Source of the DNA: an uncultured Marinilabiliaceae bacterium
GTDB taxonomy: Bacteria > Bacteroidota > Bacteroidia > Bacteroidales > Marinilabiliaceae
Length of the DNA stretch: 64,000 bases
Reading direction: 5' to 3'
Assembly (NCBI GenBank): GCA_964403175.1
Contig: CAYOFH010000002.1
Coordinates: 9,848 to 73,847 of the forward strand
Below are positions 61,012-64,000 of the stretch, one piece after another; the stretch's first letter is position 1; the number at the start of each line of letters is the position of its first letter. The notes beneath the pieces were generated by a model, which had not been told where the DNA came from, made no database searches, and was given only the letters and a program-made list of their open reading frames with translations. The position numbers were made by a program, and so were the translations under genes.

Positions 61012-62865
61012 TCAAAAAGAATGACCAATATTCAGGTGAAACTGCCAGTCTCCGGTATCTTCAAAAACAGGATGTGCAAAATCAATGCCCACCGGACCGA
61101 TGGGAGTAGATACACGAACACCGGTACCGGCAGCAAAACGGATTTCATCCAGATGAAAGGTATAAGTATCGCGCCAAACATTTCCATAATCCAGAAAAAA
61201 CACCATACTAACCGGGTCGTATATCTTTATGCGCGGTTCAAAACTACCCTCAAATACCGAATTACCACCAATGGGAACCCCTTCATCATCCAGAGGCCCG
61301 AGCATTTGCCTGGACCATCCCCGAACCGACTGACTTCCACCGGCAAAAAAACGCTCTTCGAAAGGAGTAACCGTTCCACTTCCCAAGGAGCGTATATTTC
61401 CCGCTTTAATCCGCAAAGCCAGTATTAATCCACTTCGGATGGGCTGGTAGCGTTTTACTTCTAAAAGAAACTTAACAAACGGGTAAGACGAATCAAACAA
61501 AGAACTGTTGGCCCTTGTATTGAAACCCAAAGACCAACCATTGGAAGGATCGGAACGGGAATTGGCGGTATAGTAGAGAAGTCCAAGTGAAACACCGTTT
61601 TTTGAATACGTAGACTGATTTAGATCCCGGAGAGAACGCTCAAACTCAGAAGTAATATCAATATCCACCCGCTCGAAATACAGCGATACAGAACCCGCCA
61701 AAAAATCACTGAAATTCTGATGAAGCGTCAGATCGCTCCCCCAAACAAAGGACTCAAACCCCGGTTCATTTCTTCGTCTGACAGATGGCTTCAGCTCCAG
61801 TGAAGATCTTGGTCCCAGTATTGCAGGTTTAATAATTTTTGCCTCAAAACGATAAGGTTCCAATGCAGAATGTTTGGCATAAAAGTTTGTACGCATAGTG
61901 TGGCCAGGAAAATTTAAATATTCCAAATCCACAAAAGTTCTGAACTTATCTTCCCGCCCATAACCTACACCAAAGCGGGTAGACCATCTGGGTGCTTCTT
62001 CAATATTCAGATGCAGGGGAATCGTCTCCTGCCTACTATCGGTCAATTCTGCCTGAAGCGATGCAATCCGGAATAATCCCAACTGATAAATCTGCTTCTG
62101 AGATTGCTCAAGCTGACGGGAGCTGTAAACATCACCAGAGGAAACAGTTATTTGTTTTCTTACGGCCTCTTCAGGAGTTCTTTCCAATCCTTCAATGGTA
62201 AGATCTCCAAAACGACATGCAGGTCCTTTATCAATATTCCATTCTACACTGGCACTCATCGTATCCTCCGAAAGAGATATAACCGGCTCTACCTCCACAT
62301 AAGCAAATCCAAATGATGAAAACCAGGAAGCAATGGCATCCTGATCACTGTTAATTTTGTCATCACGAAACCGTTTTTCATCTTTTATCTCCAAGTCTTT
62401 CATTTCCTTTTGCCAGGCTTTTTCCGTCAGGAGAGAATCTTCTCTGCCACCATCAACAGTTGAAAAAGCCACTTCTGCCACAGTTACCGGCTTTCCTTCC
62501 TCTAGACGAATCAATAAATCCACTTTATGTTTTCTGGGATGCATCTCCAGTTCTAGATCCTCAATTTGGACATGAAGATAACCTTCAGACTGGTAAAAAG
62601 CTTTTAACTGATCTTTATTCATTTCCCATGCATCGTCACTATAGAAGGATGCCTTCTGTTTAAAAAAGGTTTTTCCCACCCATGAAGCTTTATTGAAACT
62701 GATTTTTTCCAGCAACTCTCCATCATTAAACGCATCATTTCCCTTGATTTTTATTTTTCGGATTTCAGCATTTTCCTGCGAATAACCGGAAAATACCACA
62801 CCAGAAAACAGCACCAGACAAACCAGTTTATAATAATACTTTTTTAAATGAAGAGTAAACACCAT
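61012..62865 (-). CDS. Omp85 family (TamA/BamA-like) protein with POTRA domains
   Basis: POTRA repeats; FFAGGSQSVRGW, TPIGPVGIDF, C-terminal IGHSF; adjacent to tamB. Confidence 0.9.
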   Translation of the reverse strand: MVFTLHLKKYYYKLVCLVLFSGVVFSGYSQENAEIRKIKIKGNDAFNDGELLEKISFNKASWVGKTFFKQKASFYSDDAWEMNKDQLKAFYQSEGYLHVQIEDLELEMHPRKHKVDLLIRLEEGKPVTVAEVAFSTVDGGREDSLLTEKAWQKEMKDLEIKDEKRFRDDKINSDQDAIASWFSSFGFAYVEVEPVISLSEDTMSASVEWNIDKGPACRFGDLTIEGLERTPEEAVRKQITVSSGDVYSSRQLEQSQKQIYQLGLFRIASLQAELTDSRQETIPLHLNIEEAPRWSTRFGVGYGREDKFRTFVDLEYLNFPGHTMRTNFYAKHSALEPYRFEAKIIKPAILGPRSSLELKPSVRRRNEPGFESFVWGSDLTLHQNFSDFLAGSVSLYFERVDIDITSEFERSLRDLNQSTYSKNGVSLGLLYYTANSRSDPSNGWSLGFNTRANSSLFDSSYPFVKFLLEVKRYQPIRSGLILALRIKAGNIRSLGSGTVTPFEERFFAGGSQSVRGWSRQMLGPLDDEGVPIGGNSVFEGSFEPRIKIYDPVSMVFFLDYGNVWRDTYTFHLDEIRFAAGTGVRVSTPIGPVGIDFAHPVFEDTGDWQFHLNIGHSF

Positions 62866-63176
62866 ATTTCCTAAACAATAAAAGCAATAAGTCACGACAA
62901 AAAGTTCACTAAAACTAATTAAATCCTCTTTGATTTATATCTTTTTCATTCATTTCAGAGTTTTATAAAATAACTGCAAACGCCTACTCTGCTTTTCTAA
63001 AAAAATACTTCTTCTAAAATACATACATCACTTATTCTGAAACATTTATTTCTTTTAAATAGAGCTTCGCAGTTTAGAACAGAATAGCTTTTTTTCAAAA
63101 ATACGCACCCAATTAAACAAACCATAACCCAAAATGGTTAGTTCGTTTGAAAAAGATAATCTAAAAAAGTATAGTA

Positions 63177-63695
63177 ATGAAACTTAAACACAAAAAAATT
63201 GCTGCCGTAATACATGAAATTTTCGAAGATCTGGAATTATGGTATCCTGTTATACGTTTGCGGGAAGCAGGTGCAGAAGTGGTGTTGTCCGGAGAAAAAG
63301 CCGGAAATCAATATACCGGCAAACACGGTTTGCCAGCCAGGGCTGATATCAGCTATGACGACCTGAATGCCGATGAATTTGATGGCCTGATTATCCCAGG
63401 CGGGTATGCTCCTGACAAAATGCGCAGATACCCAAAAGTACTTGAGTTTGTAAAACAAATGAATGATGCCGGAAAGCCCATAGGAATTATCTGCCATGCG
63501 GGTTGGGTCCCTATTTCAGCCGGAATACTTAAAGGACGAAAAGCAACAAGCGTAGGAGCCATTAAAGACGACATGATTAATGCAGGAACCAACTGGGTGG
63601 ATGAAGCTGTGGTAACAGACAGGAATCTGGTTTCAAGCCGCACACCAGCTGATTTACCTGATTATATGAGGGCTTATCTAAGTTTACTGAAGTAA
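63177..63695 (+). CDS. pfpI: DJ-1/PfpI family protease/glyoxalase
   Basis: FEDLELWYP, IIPGG, ICHAGW, VSSRTPADL. Confidence 0.92.
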   Translation: MKLKHKKIAAVIHEIFEDLELWYPVIRLREAGAEVVLSGEKAGNQYTGKHGLPARADISYDDLNADEFDGLIIPGGYAPDKMRRYPKVLEFVKQMNDAGKPIGIICHAGWVPISAGILKGRKATSVGAIKDDMINAGTNWVDEAVVTDRNLVSSRTPADLPDYMRAYLSLLK

Positions 63696-63759
63696 AAGAT
63701 TACAAAGATTTTTAACTGAAACTGCCAGGGAAGACAGGTATTTACCCACGTCTTACTGT

Positions 63760-63851
63760 TTAGTCCGTATAAATTTTTCTAAGGCCGGAAGGAACTCTCA
63801 TGCAAGAACTCAAACAGTTCTTTTGAGACAAAAATTGCAATGCTCGTTTCA
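63760..63851 (-). repeat. Dispersed hairpin element, copy 6 (degenerate)
   Basis: CGTATAA..CTAAG..GGAACTCTCATGCAAGAACT..TTCTTTTGAGACAAA..ATGCTCGTTTCA aligns with copy 3. Confidence 0.85.
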
Positions 63852-64000
63852 CCCCACAAAGAACATCAAACTCTCAAAATATGCCATATATATATTTTTG
63901 TTAGCATTGTGACTATGTCATTATCAATAGAAATTACCACTTCCTGTTGATAAAAACTTATTTACTTCATCTCCCTTCAATCTCTCGGTTTTAGCTTCCA

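Overview
This is a core-genome window from a Bacteroidota bacterium, probably Marinilabiliales-like. That call is inferred from gene order, TAnnTTTG -7 promoters and a T9SS-type C-terminal domain. In order it contains: the 3' end of mfd; a REC-PAS protein; the coaX/OMP/TPR/lptC/CNNM/ppiD block; yqeY; the dcw cluster (mraZ to ftsZ); glsA/glsB-like acyltransferases; a Cys-less disulfide-reductase-family flavoprotein; a serine hydrolase; purF; SPOR and USP proteins; a decayed yebC; miaB; a CMD protein; an acyltransferase; aspS; tadA; a small T9SS cargo; an operon of MEMO-AMMECR1 fusion, degenerate spermidine-synthase-like membrane protein and double hot-dog hydratase; tRNA-Lys(UUU); hutH; an ECF sigma trio; ychF; a TPR protein; tamB/tamA; and pfpI. 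No transposase, integrase, phage gene or CRISPR array was seen. The strongest unexplained signal is a ~96-100 bp non-coding element present in six copies. Its full-length copies are bounded by ATGAA direct repeats and fold into a 17-position imperfect stem with tandem G.A mismatches. One copy splits the murC/ftsQ junction, one supplies the C-terminus of a gene, and one lies directly behind an orphan consensus promoter. All calls were made by eye, without database searches.
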